45,146 bases of DNA from Treponema sp. (lineage in GTDB: Bacteria > Spirochaetota > Spirochaetia > Treponematales > Breznakiellaceae): the NCBI GenBank assembly GCA_031257385.1, contig JAIROT010000070.1:1-45146 (forward strand), in the 5' to 3' direction. The notes below the pieces were generated by a model that saw nothing but the letters and a program-made list of their open reading frames with translations, ran no database searches and was not told the DNA's origin. The translations under genes and the position numbers were made by a program. Positions 1 to 7,872 of this stretch are shown one piece after another; within the stretch, counting starts at the first letter, position 1, and each line of letters starts with the position of its first letter.

Positions 1-127
1 CTGCCAAAAAATCATGTAATTTTAGCCATACGGTGGGAATTATCTGATTAAACAGGCCAAAAATAAAGGGTCAAGTGGGAAAAACAGTTACCTTTTTAAG
101 TAAATGCCGGCACCCTGAAGAGGCCAG

Positions 128-235
128 GAGTCTGTGGGGCTTTAGCCCAAATGATAAAGAAAATGCACAATTTTGTGCATTTTCTACCTTGCAGACTCCC
201 AAAGGAGCCCAAAAATCCACAAGTTCCACAGGCTC
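128..235. mobile_element. MITE copy 1 (108 bp) with imperfect terminal inverted repeats and 4-bp target site duplication CCAG
   Basis: Left end GAGTCTGTGGGGCTT, right end reverse complement GAGCCTGTGGAACTT. CCAG at 124-127 and 236-239. Internal palindrome AGAAAATGCACAA-TT-TTGTGCATTTTCT. Near-identical copy at 1291-1431. Confidence 0.8.
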
Positions 236-243
236 CCAGGGGT

Positions 244-1191
244 TCACGTCCCCCCACCTCCAGTAAGATTTCCGTATCGCTTCTCAATTACGCGCAACGC
301 GAGGTATAGCGTCTTGTTTACCGGTACGGGGACGCGATACTTTTCCCCCAGGTTCATCATGGCAAGGGCGAACATCTCCACCTCGGTTTTTCTTTCCGCC
401 AGTACATCCTGACACATGGATGTGGCGCTTTTGGCGTCCAGGGCATTTACCGTTTTGTACCAAGTGTTGATGTCGTCCTCGTTGAGGTCTATTCCTTCGG
501 CGTTGGCAACGGCGATAACTTCCCGCATGGCCATTTCAATAAGCAAGCGCGCTTCGGGCAGCTCCCCGGCGTTTCCGTTTGTCTGAATCGCGCCGTAGGG
601 CAGACGGAACGCGGCGGTGATCTGATTCACCCCGACATTGATCATGAATTTGTACCAGTACATCCGCCTCATGTTGCTCTGCAATTCAAAAGGAACTTTG
701 ACGCGGCTGAAAAATTCGGCAAGGCTTTTTTCCCGCCCGCCGTTGTTCCCGTCCGCGTCGCCGAAGTGAATGACTCCGGGCATCGTGTACACGGTTTCCG
801 TTCCCCGGTGAAAAGCGTCCGTGCCGAGGATCATCGCCAAGGGAAGCCGCTCCCGGCCAAAAATTTTACCAATGATCTCCTCGCTTGAAATGCCGTTCAA
901 CAGGGAAAGAATAATCGTACCGGTTTTGACGTATGGCCTGATGTCTTCGATAACCGCGTCAAGGTGATGGAACTTGCAGGCGACGATGATAAGGTCCACC
1001 GGTTTCCCGTCGCCAAAGCGGAAATCAATCCGGCGGCCGTTTACAAAAAGGCCGTCTCTGCGGTAACGCTCAAGGCGCTTGTCTTGAGCGAGAATCGACA
1101 CGCAGGAGGGATCGCTTGAGAAAATCCGCTCCGCCACCGTAAGGCCAATGGAGCCGGCGCCGGCAATTAAAACAGTATTAATGGTATGCAT
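244..1191 (-). CDS. panE: Ketopantoate reductase family protein (PanE/ApbA)
   Basis: N-terminal Rossmann GAGSIG, LSLLNG, WYKFMIN, SMCQD and KTEVE motifs typical of the ApbA family; 315 aa. Confidence 0.8.
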   Translation of the reverse strand: MHTINTVLIAGAGSIGLTVAERIFSSDPSCVSILAQDKRLERYRRDGLFVNGRRIDFRFGDGKPVDLIIVACKFHHLDAVIEDIRPYVKTGTIILSLLNGISSEEIIGKIFGRERLPLAMILGTDAFHRGTETVYTMPGVIHFGDADGNNGGREKSLAEFFSRVKVPFELQSNMRRMYWYKFMINVGVNQITAAFRLPYGAIQTNGNAGELPEARLLIEMAMREVIAVANAEGIDLNEDDINTWYKTVNALDAKSATSMCQDVLAERKTEVEMFALAMMNLGEKYRVPVPVNKTLYLALRVIEKRYGNLTGGGGT

Positions 1192-1290
1192 ATCAAACCC
1201 TCACGGTTGTCCGGCCATCGGCGCGCTTCCGGCAAAGGGCCGATATTGTCCGCCACCCCGCAGTAAGCCCGGACGGACAGCCCTTCCCCG

Positions 1291-1431
1291 GAGTCTGTGG
1301 GGCTTTAGCCCAAATGATAAAGAAAATGCACAATTTTGTGCATTTTCTACCTTGCAGACTCCCAAAGGAGCCCAAAAATCGGGGATTTTTGCGGTCAAAG
1401 GAGCCCAAAAATCCACAAGTCCCACAGGCTC
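1291..1431. mobile_element. MITE copy 2 (141 bp) with 33-bp internal expansion and 4-bp target site duplication CCCG
   Basis: Same TIRs and body as 128-235. CCCG at 1287-1290 and 1432-1435. CAAAGGAGCCCAAAAATC occurs twice (1363-1380, 1396-1413). Confidence 0.8.
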
Positions 1432-1596
1432 CCCGGCGCACTATAAGCCCTGTCCTCCCCCTTCCCGAACAGCTCAAACGCAGGGGGGCACAATCTTTTG
1501 CCAAAACAAGGCTGCATAAAGCCATCGTTTGAGTATAACACAAAACAAACAGTAGGCAAATCCATGGCAAAAGGTGTACCTTTTGGCGAGGGGTAT

Positions 1597-1712
1597 ATCA
1601 ACAACCTCGCCCTGAAGGGCGAGGTTGTTGTTTTGGTAAGGTATTTGTCTCAGGGTACATACCCTTTATAACGCCCTAAAGGGCGGGGTATGTACCCTTC
1701 GCATACAATCAA
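1597..1712. mobile_element. Non-autonomous palindrome element resembling IS200/IS605 ends (REP/PATE-like)
   Basis: Hairpin CAACAACCTCGCCCT-GA-AGGGCGAGGTTGTTG (1599-1630). Second nested hairpin AGGGTACATACCC...CGCCCT-AA-AGGGCG-GGGTATGTACCCT (1652-1698). ATCAA at both ends. Confidence 0.6.
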
Positions 1713-1724
1713 GGAGGGCGCTAT

Positions 1725-2927
1725 ATGCCGTTAACCAGTGAACGCACGGCGGGATTCGGTGAATCGGTGATACGCCGCATGACCCGCATTGCCAATGAGC
1801 ATGGGGCGATTAACCTGTCGCAGGGCTTTCCCGATTTTGAGCCGCCGGAAGAACTCAAGCGCGCGCTGGCCGCCGCGGCAACGAAGGGTCCGCATCAATA
1901 CGCGATAACCTGGGGAGCGGCGAATTTCCGTGCGGCCCTGGCCGAAAAACAGCGGCGTTTTATGGGCATACCCATAGACCCGGAAAAAAATATTACCGTT
2001 ACCTGCGGATCCACCGAAGCGATGATGGCCGCCATGATGAGCGTGATCAATCCCGGCGATAGGGTGGTTGTGTTTTCGCCGTTTTATGAAAACTACGGCG
2101 CGGACGCGATTCTCTCCGGCGCGGAGCCGGTGTATGTTCCCCTTGTCCCGCCCGATTTCGCTTTTGACCGGGACACGCTGCGCCGCGCTTTTGAACTGCG
2201 GCCCCGCGCGCTGATTCTCTGTAACTCGTCGAACCCCAGCGGCAAGGTCTTTACCCGCAGCGAGCTTGAGTATATCGCCGGCCTTGCCGAAGAGTTTGAC
2301 ACGTGGGTTATTACCGACGAAGTCTACGAGCATATCGTGTATGACGGGGCTGCCGGGGTTCGGCATATTTATTTCGCGTCTCTGCCCGGCATGTCAAAAC
2401 GGACGATAAGCTGTTCGTCCCTTTCCAAGACGTATTCGATAACAGGCTGGCGGCTGGGCTACACCATCGCCTGCGAAGCGGCAACGGACATTATCAGGAA
2501 GGTTCATGATTTTCTCACCGTGGGCGCCGCCGCCCCGCTCATGGAAGCGGCGGTAACCGCTCTGGCCTTCCCCCAAAGTTACTATGACAGCCTGCTGGCT
2601 TCTTATACCAAAAAGCGCGACGTATTCCTCGGCGCGCTGGACAGGGCGGGCCTCCGTTATACAAGGCCCCGGGGCGCTTATTATGTGCTGGCCGACATCG
2701 GGGAGTTTTACGACAGGGACGACACCCTTTTTTGCGAATGGCTCGCTAAAGAGGTAAAAGTTGCCGCGGTTCCCGGCTCAAGTTTTTTCCGCGAGTCCGT
2801 CACAAATATGATCCGTTTCCACTTTGCCAAAAAAGAAGAAACCCTCATTGCCGCGGGAGAACGGCTTGCCGGCCTGCGCGCTATTTGGGCGGAAAAGGGA
2901 GACGCCCTGGGAAGGGCGGAAAAATGA
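1725..2927 (+). CDS. PLP-dependent class I/II aminotransferase (YbdL/kynurenine-methionine aminotransferase-like)
   Basis: INLSQGFPDF, SNPSGKV, DEVYEH and SLSKTYSITGWRLG (PLP lysine) motifs; SD AGGAGG upstream. Confidence 0.9.
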   Translation: MPLTSERTAGFGESVIRRMTRIANEHGAINLSQGFPDFEPPEELKRALAAAATKGPHQYAITWGAANFRAALAEKQRRFMGIPIDPEKNITVTCGSTEAMMAAMMSVINPGDRVVVFSPFYENYGADAILSGAEPVYVPLVPPDFAFDRDTLRRAFELRPRALILCNSSNPSGKVFTRSELEYIAGLAEEFDTWVITDEVYEHIVYDGAAGVRHIYFASLPGMSKRTISCSSLSKTYSITGWRLGYTIACEAATDIIRKVHDFLTVGAAAPLMEAAVTALAFPQSYYDSLLASYTKKRDVFLGALDRAGLRYTRPRGAYYVLADIGEFYDRDDTLFCEWLAKEVKVAAVPGSSFFRESVTNMIRFHFAKKEETLIAAGERLAGLRAIWAEKGDALGRAEK

Positions 2928-3002
2928 GATTGCTTTACCTTTGGTTTGAAGAACCTCCGGTTCGTGCTCTGCTCCGCGGAGGCTCATTGGCCCCACAGGC
3001 TG

Positions 3003-4445
3003 CTAGCGGCTCCATTTTTCTACCGTCCGTTGATCCGCCAGCAACTGACGGTTATCGGGAAAAAGTTTCAGGGCCTCCGCAAGTATCCGCTCCGCGTCAT
3101 CAAAGTTGCGTTTGTTGAACGCTTCGGCAAAATGGTTGTGGTATTCCGCGGCCAGGTTTGAACGGTAAGTCCGCAGGGCCTGTTCCAGTTGGCGGTTCGC
3201 CCCGTATTGTTCCAGGGCCGCCTCAAGGTATGCAATGGCCGCAGGCCAATCGGGATTCCTGCCCGCAGAAAGGAAAGAAGATACCTTGCCTATGACAAAG
3301 GTCCGCAGTTCGTTTATCCGCTCAGCGGAGAGCAGGTTCCGCCCCTGGGCCAAATCAATGGCGGCAAGGGCAGCCGGGGCGTCTTCCGCTTTTTTTACGG
3401 CGGCGGAAAGTTCCGTCAATTCCCCGTCCAGTACCATGGCGTCCAAATAGGCATAATTGGCGGGGAAAAGAACCGCGGCATTGTGTACGAGAAAGGCCCG
3501 CGCTTCGGGGATTTTTTTCTGCTGAATAAATTTGACAATACGATTATGCGCCGCCGCCAAAACAAACTCCTGCCAGCGTTCCTCGTCAGGGTATTTCGCG
3601 CCCGCAAGGGCAGCCCATCCAAGGGCGTCTTCTTCCTTTCCCCTGTTTAAGAGGGAAACGCCAAAATTGAAAAGGCGGTTCATTAGATCCTGCCGGGGGT
3701 CGTCAAAGAAGGGGGAGCCCAACTCTTGACTGCCCGCCAGGAGTGCGGCCCGGTTTATCGCCAGGGTTACGGCCTCGCCGAAACGGCCGCGGCTTTCCAG
3801 TTCCGCGATGCGGTTGGACAGGATAAGGGACACCAGTTCAAGAGGACTGATGGTTTTCCTTTCCCGGTAATTTCCGGCAGGCACATAGGCAAAGTCCGTA
3901 ACTTTGCCGAATTGATCGTGAAAGTCCTTCCTGTTTCCCGGATCAAAGCCATAGGGGTTGGTGGTTTCCACGTCTATCCATTGGCCCGCCGCCTGCACTG
4001 TGACAAAGGCATGATCTTTGGTCATAACCCCCCGCGCCTCAAGACCGGCCGATTGGGCCAGTATCAGGTAGAGAACCGCCGAAGAAACGCAGTTATACCT
4101 GCCGCTGGTGAGGAGCATGTCCATCCTGGTTTGGAGCGCGGAATAGGACTTGAGCAGCTTTTTGTGCATAAAACCTAAAATATATTCGCCCCTGACTTCG
4201 GTGTCCGCGGGCAGATCAGCCCTCAGTTCCCCCGCAGCCCTGCGGATCGTCTCTATAGCGGACTCCGTTCCCTCCGCCGATGCCCACAGACTGATCTCCG
4301 CCAGATCCTCCCATGTATAGTTCTCCCGGCGGGCATAGGCTTCGGCCCGGGGATCCGCCGTGAGACTTGGGAAAGCGGTTTGGTTTTGGGCATGGAGGAC
4401 AGGGACAAACAGCAGCGCCGCCATGAGGAATTGTAAGGGTTTCAT
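3003..4445 (-). CDS. Exported protein with transglutaminase-like Cys-His-Asp domain and C-terminal TPR-like helical repeats
   Basis: Signal peptide (MKPLQFLMAALLFVPVLHA). YNCVSS, TKDHAFV and WIDVETT form a triad-like arrangement. Helical Ala/Leu-rich C-terminal half. Confidence 0.7.
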   Translation of the reverse strand: MKPLQFLMAALLFVPVLHAQNQTAFPSLTADPRAEAYARRENYTWEDLAEISLWASAEGTESAIETIRRAAGELRADLPADTEVRGEYILGFMHKKLLKSYSALQTRMDMLLTSGRYNCVSSAVLYLILAQSAGLEARGVMTKDHAFVTVQAAGQWIDVETTNPYGFDPGNRKDFHDQFGKVTDFAYVPAGNYRERKTISPLELVSLILSNRIAELESRGRFGEAVTLAINRAALLAGSQELGSPFFDDPRQDLMNRLFNFGVSLLNRGKEEDALGWAALAGAKYPDEERWQEFVLAAAHNRIVKFIQQKKIPEARAFLVHNAAVLFPANYAYLDAMVLDGELTELSAAVKKAEDAPAALAAIDLAQGRNLLSAERINELRTFVIGKVSSFLSAGRNPDWPAAIAYLEAALEQYGANRQLEQALRTYRSNLAAEYHNHFAEAFNKRNFDDAERILAEALKLFPDNRQLLADQRTVEKWSR

Positions 4446-4453
4446 TATAGATA

Positions 4454-4482
4454 ATTTTCTCTATTAAAGACCTCGTTGTCAA
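4454..4482 (-). promoter_or_regulatory. Putative sigma70 promoter TTGACA-N17-GAAAAT, 8 nt upstream of the ATG
   Basis: Read directly on the minus strand; no SD between -10 and start. Confidence 0.5.
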
Positions 4483-4577
4483 TGTTCCGCGCCGCTTCCG
4501 CACGGATGCGCACGGATTACGGCGGAGGCCGCCCCTGCCCTGTATATTTTTTTATATTCTTTTTGTATAATTCCATT

Positions 4578-5351
4578 GTGAGCACGGAACTGCATAGCGC
4601 GAAAATGGACTCTTTTTTCAGAGGTTTTCTGGATATTGAGGGCTTTGCCGGAATTGATAAATCCCTGAACGGCATACAGGTTGATAACGACGGTTCGGAA
4701 ATAGGCAAGATCGCCTTCGGGGTGGATGCGAACATGGAAACTTTTGAGCGGGCCGCGGCCGCCGGCGCGGGGATGCTCTTTGTACATCACGGGCTGTTTT
4801 GGGGAGAACCCCTGCGCTTGTCGGGGGGCCACAGACGGCGGATCAAGTTTCTGCTGGATCACAATATCTGCCTGTATGCGGTGCATTTGCCCCTGGACGG
4901 GCATCCTGAAACAGGGAACAACGCCGCCCTGGCGAAACTGCTGGGGCTTGAAAACATCGAGCCTTTCGGCCTGTACCACGGCAAAAAAATCGGGTACAAG
5001 GGGACTTTTGTCAAAGCCCTGACCATTGACGAGGCGGTAAGGAAAATCGGTTTTATGGGCAGGCCGCCCGTCGGGGTGTATCCCTTCGGCAAAAAGGAAA
5101 ATACAAGCTGCGCGATAATTTCCGGCGGCGCAGCATTTGAGGCCCGGCAAGCCATTGAGGAGGGCCTTGATCTGTACGTTACCGGTGAAGCGTCCCATCA
5201 GATATACCACGAGTGCCTTGAGGGGAAGCTCAACATGATTGCCGGCGGGCACTATTCTACCGAGGTATGGGGCGTCCGCGCCGTGATGCGGCGCTGTGCC
5301 GAAGAACTGCATATTGATACGGAATTTATAGACGTCCCCACCGGACTGTAA
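4578..5351 (+). CDS. Nif3-like dinuclear metal center hexameric protein (YbgI family)
   Basis: NGIQV, LFVHHGLFW, YAVHLPLDGH, GNN, TGE and GHYSTE motifs. Start moved to GTG 4578 (ATG 4605 is an alternative). Confidence 0.9.
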   Translation: MSTELHSAKMDSFFRGFLDIEGFAGIDKSLNGIQVDNDGSEIGKIAFGVDANMETFERAAAAGAGMLFVHHGLFWGEPLRLSGGHRRRIKFLLDHNICLYAVHLPLDGHPETGNNAALAKLLGLENIEPFGLYHGKKIGYKGTFVKALTIDEAVRKIGFMGRPPVGVYPFGKKENTSCAIISGGAAFEARQAIEEGLDLYVTGEASHQIYHECLEGKLNMIAGGHYSTEVWGVRAVMRRCAEELHIDTEFIDVPTGL

Positions 5352-5375
5352 CAAAGCATATATACGGAGCAATCA

Positions 5376-5912
5376 ATGAAAATAGACAAAGCGCGGACCC
5401 TGCCCTTGATACTGACGGGCCTTGTTATTCTGGCGGATCAGGGGATCAAATTCTTTATCGTCAAAAACTGGCCCCGAAGCGGAACCCTGATCAGGGATGT
5501 GTTCGGCAATGAATTGCTGCAGATCTGGCATGTGCGAAATAAAGCCATTGCCTTCAGCCTGGGCAGCGGTATCCCCGACGGCTTAAGGCCGACGCTTTTT
5601 GTGATACTGCCCCTGCTGGTGCTGGGACTGTTGTTCTGGTATTATCTCAAGTCCGATGATTTCACCCCTTTGCAACGCTGGGCCGCATCGGGCATATTCG
5701 GCGGGGGTATCGGCAATATCATAGACCGGATATTCCGCCCTGATGGAGTGGTGGATTTTATCAGTGTAAAATTCTACGGCATCTTCGGTTTTGAGCGCTG
5801 GCCCACCTTCAACATCGCCGACTCGTGTGTGGTGGTCTGCTGTATCCTGCTGCTTATCACGATTCTGGTAAACTCAAAAAAAACCGGGGAAGAGACGGAG
5901 ACGGCCCAATGA
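5376..5912 (+). CDS. lspA: Lipoprotein signal peptidase II
   Basis: DQ..K, N.AIAFS, GNIIDR, GVVDFI and WPTFNIAD motifs. Confidence 0.95.
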   Translation: MKIDKARTLPLILTGLVILADQGIKFFIVKNWPRSGTLIRDVFGNELLQIWHVRNKAIAFSLGSGIPDGLRPTLFVILPLLVLGLLFWYYLKSDDFTPLQRWAASGIFGGGIGNIIDRIFRPDGVVDFISVKFYGIFGFERWPTFNIADSCVVVCCILLLITILVNSKKTGEETETAQ

Positions 5913-6184
5913 ACAAAAAAGTCAACACGCTGTTATTCATACTGGGCGCCACCCTGTTTAATATTCTCGTTACCGTGCTGGGTTTTGTGGCGCTGATGCT
6001 GCTTTATGTTAAATTCATTATGCCCTTCCTGCCTGAGGAAGGCCGCTCCTGGGGCTTTCCGCTGATCTTTATCGCCGCCATTGTCCTTTCGTTTGTCGTC
6101 TACCGTTTGGTGCTCAAGCTGCTGCTGAAAAAACTGGATGCGGGTAAATATTTTGATCCGATTTTCGGCGGCCGTCAAAGATAG
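5909..6184 (+). CDS. Small two-TM membrane protein following lspA
   Basis: ATGA overlap with the lspA stop; MNKKVNTLLFILGATLFN followed by two hydrophobic helices. Confidence 0.75.
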   Translation: MNKKVNTLLFILGATLFNILVTVLGFVALMLLYVKFIMPFLPEEGRSWGFPLIFIAAIVLSFVVYRLVLKLLLKKLDAGKYFDPIFGGRQR

Positions 6185-6214
6185 TTGAAATCCGCCCGCC
6201 GTTGATGGTATAAT
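6185..6214 (+). promoter_or_regulatory. Putative sigma70 promoter TTGAAA-N18-TATAAT (extended -10 TG)
   Basis: Read directly; -10 ends 8 nt before GTG 6223. Confidence 0.55.
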
Positions 6215-6222
6215 GGCGGAAA

Positions 6223-7293
6223 GTGAAATATCCGATATTTGCGCCGGCATTGCTTGTTCTTCTTTTTTCCCTCTCTTGTCGTTCCGCGCCGGCGGATATT
6301 GATGAAAGCCGGTATATTCCGGAAGAGGAACTGGAACAGGTACCGAAAGAAGAGCCGGACGAGGAGCCGGAGCCGTTTATTGACCTTCCCCCGGTGAATG
6401 AAAGCCTGCCGGTGTCTTCTTTCGGGGAGGTTTGGGCTTATGTAATGGTGGGCCGGGAATCGGCCCTGGTAAGGGGCCTGCCGCTTTCGGATGTAGTGTA
6501 CTTCGGCGCGGAAGTCGATTATTACGGCAAACTCGTGGACGTACCCGACCGCCGGAAACTGCAGGCTTTTGCCGGACGGGTTCATCTGGTTGTTGCCTGC
6601 AACAACTACTCGCTGACCCATTTTGTGCTTGTTCCGGACAGCGCCGAGCGCAAGGCCCTCATTGCCGACCTGCTTGCCGCAACGAAGGATTACGACGGCC
6701 TTCAAATTGATTTTGAAAACATCCCTCTGCGGGACGGCGGGAACTTTCTTTCCTTTTTGGGGGAGTTGCGCGCGGGGCTGGGAAACAAGATGTTCAGCGC
6801 GGCCCTTCGTGCCCGGACCAGAAAAATCGCCGACGATGTGCACGATTATGAAAAGATCAAAAACGTGGTTGACCGCATCCTGGTCATGGCCTATGACGAG
6901 CATTGGTCCACAAGCGAACCCGGTCCCGTAGCGTCATTGACCTGGTGCAGACGGGTAGCGCAGCACGCCCTGGACCTTATCGGCAGAGAAAAGCTGATCA
7001 TGGGCATCCCTTTCTACGGCCGCGCCTGGGGCGATACCAACCACTCCCGCGCCCTGGTTTACTCCGGTGTCGAAGATGTCGTTAACGAAAACCGGGTAAC
7101 CCAAATATGGCGTGAGAACGGCATCCCCACTTTTGACTACACGGCTCCGGTACGGGTCAAGGTCTACTATGAAGACGATTATTCCCTTGCCGCCCGCATG
7201 GAGATGTATAAGTCCATAGGCGTCGGCTCGGTCGGCTTCTGGCGGCTCGGCCAGGAAACGGCGGCGGTGTGGAATGTTGTTAAACTTGAATGA
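6223..7293 (+). CDS. Glycoside hydrolase family 18 lipoprotein
   Basis: Lipobox FSLSC, acidic linker, catalytic DGLQIDFE, MAYDEHW, GIPFYG and FWRLGQE motifs. Confidence 0.85.
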   Translation: MKYPIFAPALLVLLFSLSCRSAPADIDESRYIPEEELEQVPKEEPDEEPEPFIDLPPVNESLPVSSFGEVWAYVMVGRESALVRGLPLSDVVYFGAEVDYYGKLVDVPDRRKLQAFAGRVHLVVACNNYSLTHFVLVPDSAERKALIADLLAATKDYDGLQIDFENIPLRDGGNFLSFLGELRAGLGNKMFSAALRARTRKIADDVHDYEKIKNVVDRILVMAYDEHWSTSEPGPVASLTWCRRVAQHALDLIGREKLIMGIPFYGRAWGDTNHSRALVYSGVEDVVNENRVTQIWRENGIPTFDYTAPVRVKVYYEDDYSLAARMEMYKSIGVGSVGFWRLGQETAAVWNVVKLE

Positions 7294-7449
7294 ACGGCAT
7301 TGAAACACTCACCGGCAGGCTGTAAAACCAGTCTTTCGCCCTGCGCAATTGTCGCTTTCAACAAGGCCGGGCCGGCGACACAGGCGGGGGGCATCGGCGG
7401 CAATGGGCTTTCGCGGGGTATTACCGGACTTTCGAATCAAACGGTTTAA

Positions 7450-7872
7450 TTATGGTAACGCATCCCCGCCCCGCCACATATCGTCTAACTCCGCGGTCTC
7501 GGCGCCGAACATTTCTTTCCGGTACTCTTTTTCCCGCCTTTCTTTCAGTTTCTCCATAACCTTGAGTTCACGGGAGGCTTCCAGGTACAGCGCTCGTTTT
7601 TCTTCAAGCGCCAATTCGGCCCGGGCCGCCTCCCGGGCAAGCCGCTCCGCTTCCTGATCCAGGCGGATGATGTAATGGTCCCAGGCCGGCATCGCCGCGG
7701 GATCGGCAAAACGCTCCTTCGCCGCATTATGGCGCATAAGGGCGGTTTCCTTTATGCGGTTTTCAATTGCCGTAAGAACGCCGACGGCCCGGCCAAGCTC
7801 GACTTTGGCTTCCTGTTCCCGGTAGCTCCGCAGTTCCATAATTTTTTGAAGATTGAAGCTGAATCGTTTCAT
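7450..7872 (-). CDS. fliJ: Flagellar export protein FliJ
   Basis: MKRFSFNLQKIMELR start, coiled coil, directly downstream of fliI. Confidence 0.9.
   Translation of the reverse strand: MKRFSFNLQKIMELRSYREQEAKVELGRAVGVLTAIENRIKETALMRHNAAKERFADPAAMPAWDHYIIRLDQEAERLAREAARAELALEEKRALYLEASRELKVMEKLKERREKEYRKEMFGAETAELDDMWRGGDALP

Noticed and set aside
127-1433. CRISPR array
   Set aside because: Only two long repeats about 1 kb apart, no regular repeat-spacer pattern and no cas genes.
124-1435. Composite transposon carrying panE between two direct repeats
   Set aside because: Each repeat has its own distinct 4-bp duplication (CCAG versus CCCG) and the outer flanks do not match, so these are independent insertions. 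No transposase is present.
75-1604. Short ORFs sharing the peptide RSLWGFSPNDKENAQFCAFSTLQTPKGAQKS
   Set aside because: They are translations of the MITE sequence, not supported genes.
4499-4520. Short direct repeat GCACGGAT-GC-GCACGGAT in the divergent promoter region
   Set aside because: Only two 8-bp units; too short to support a call.
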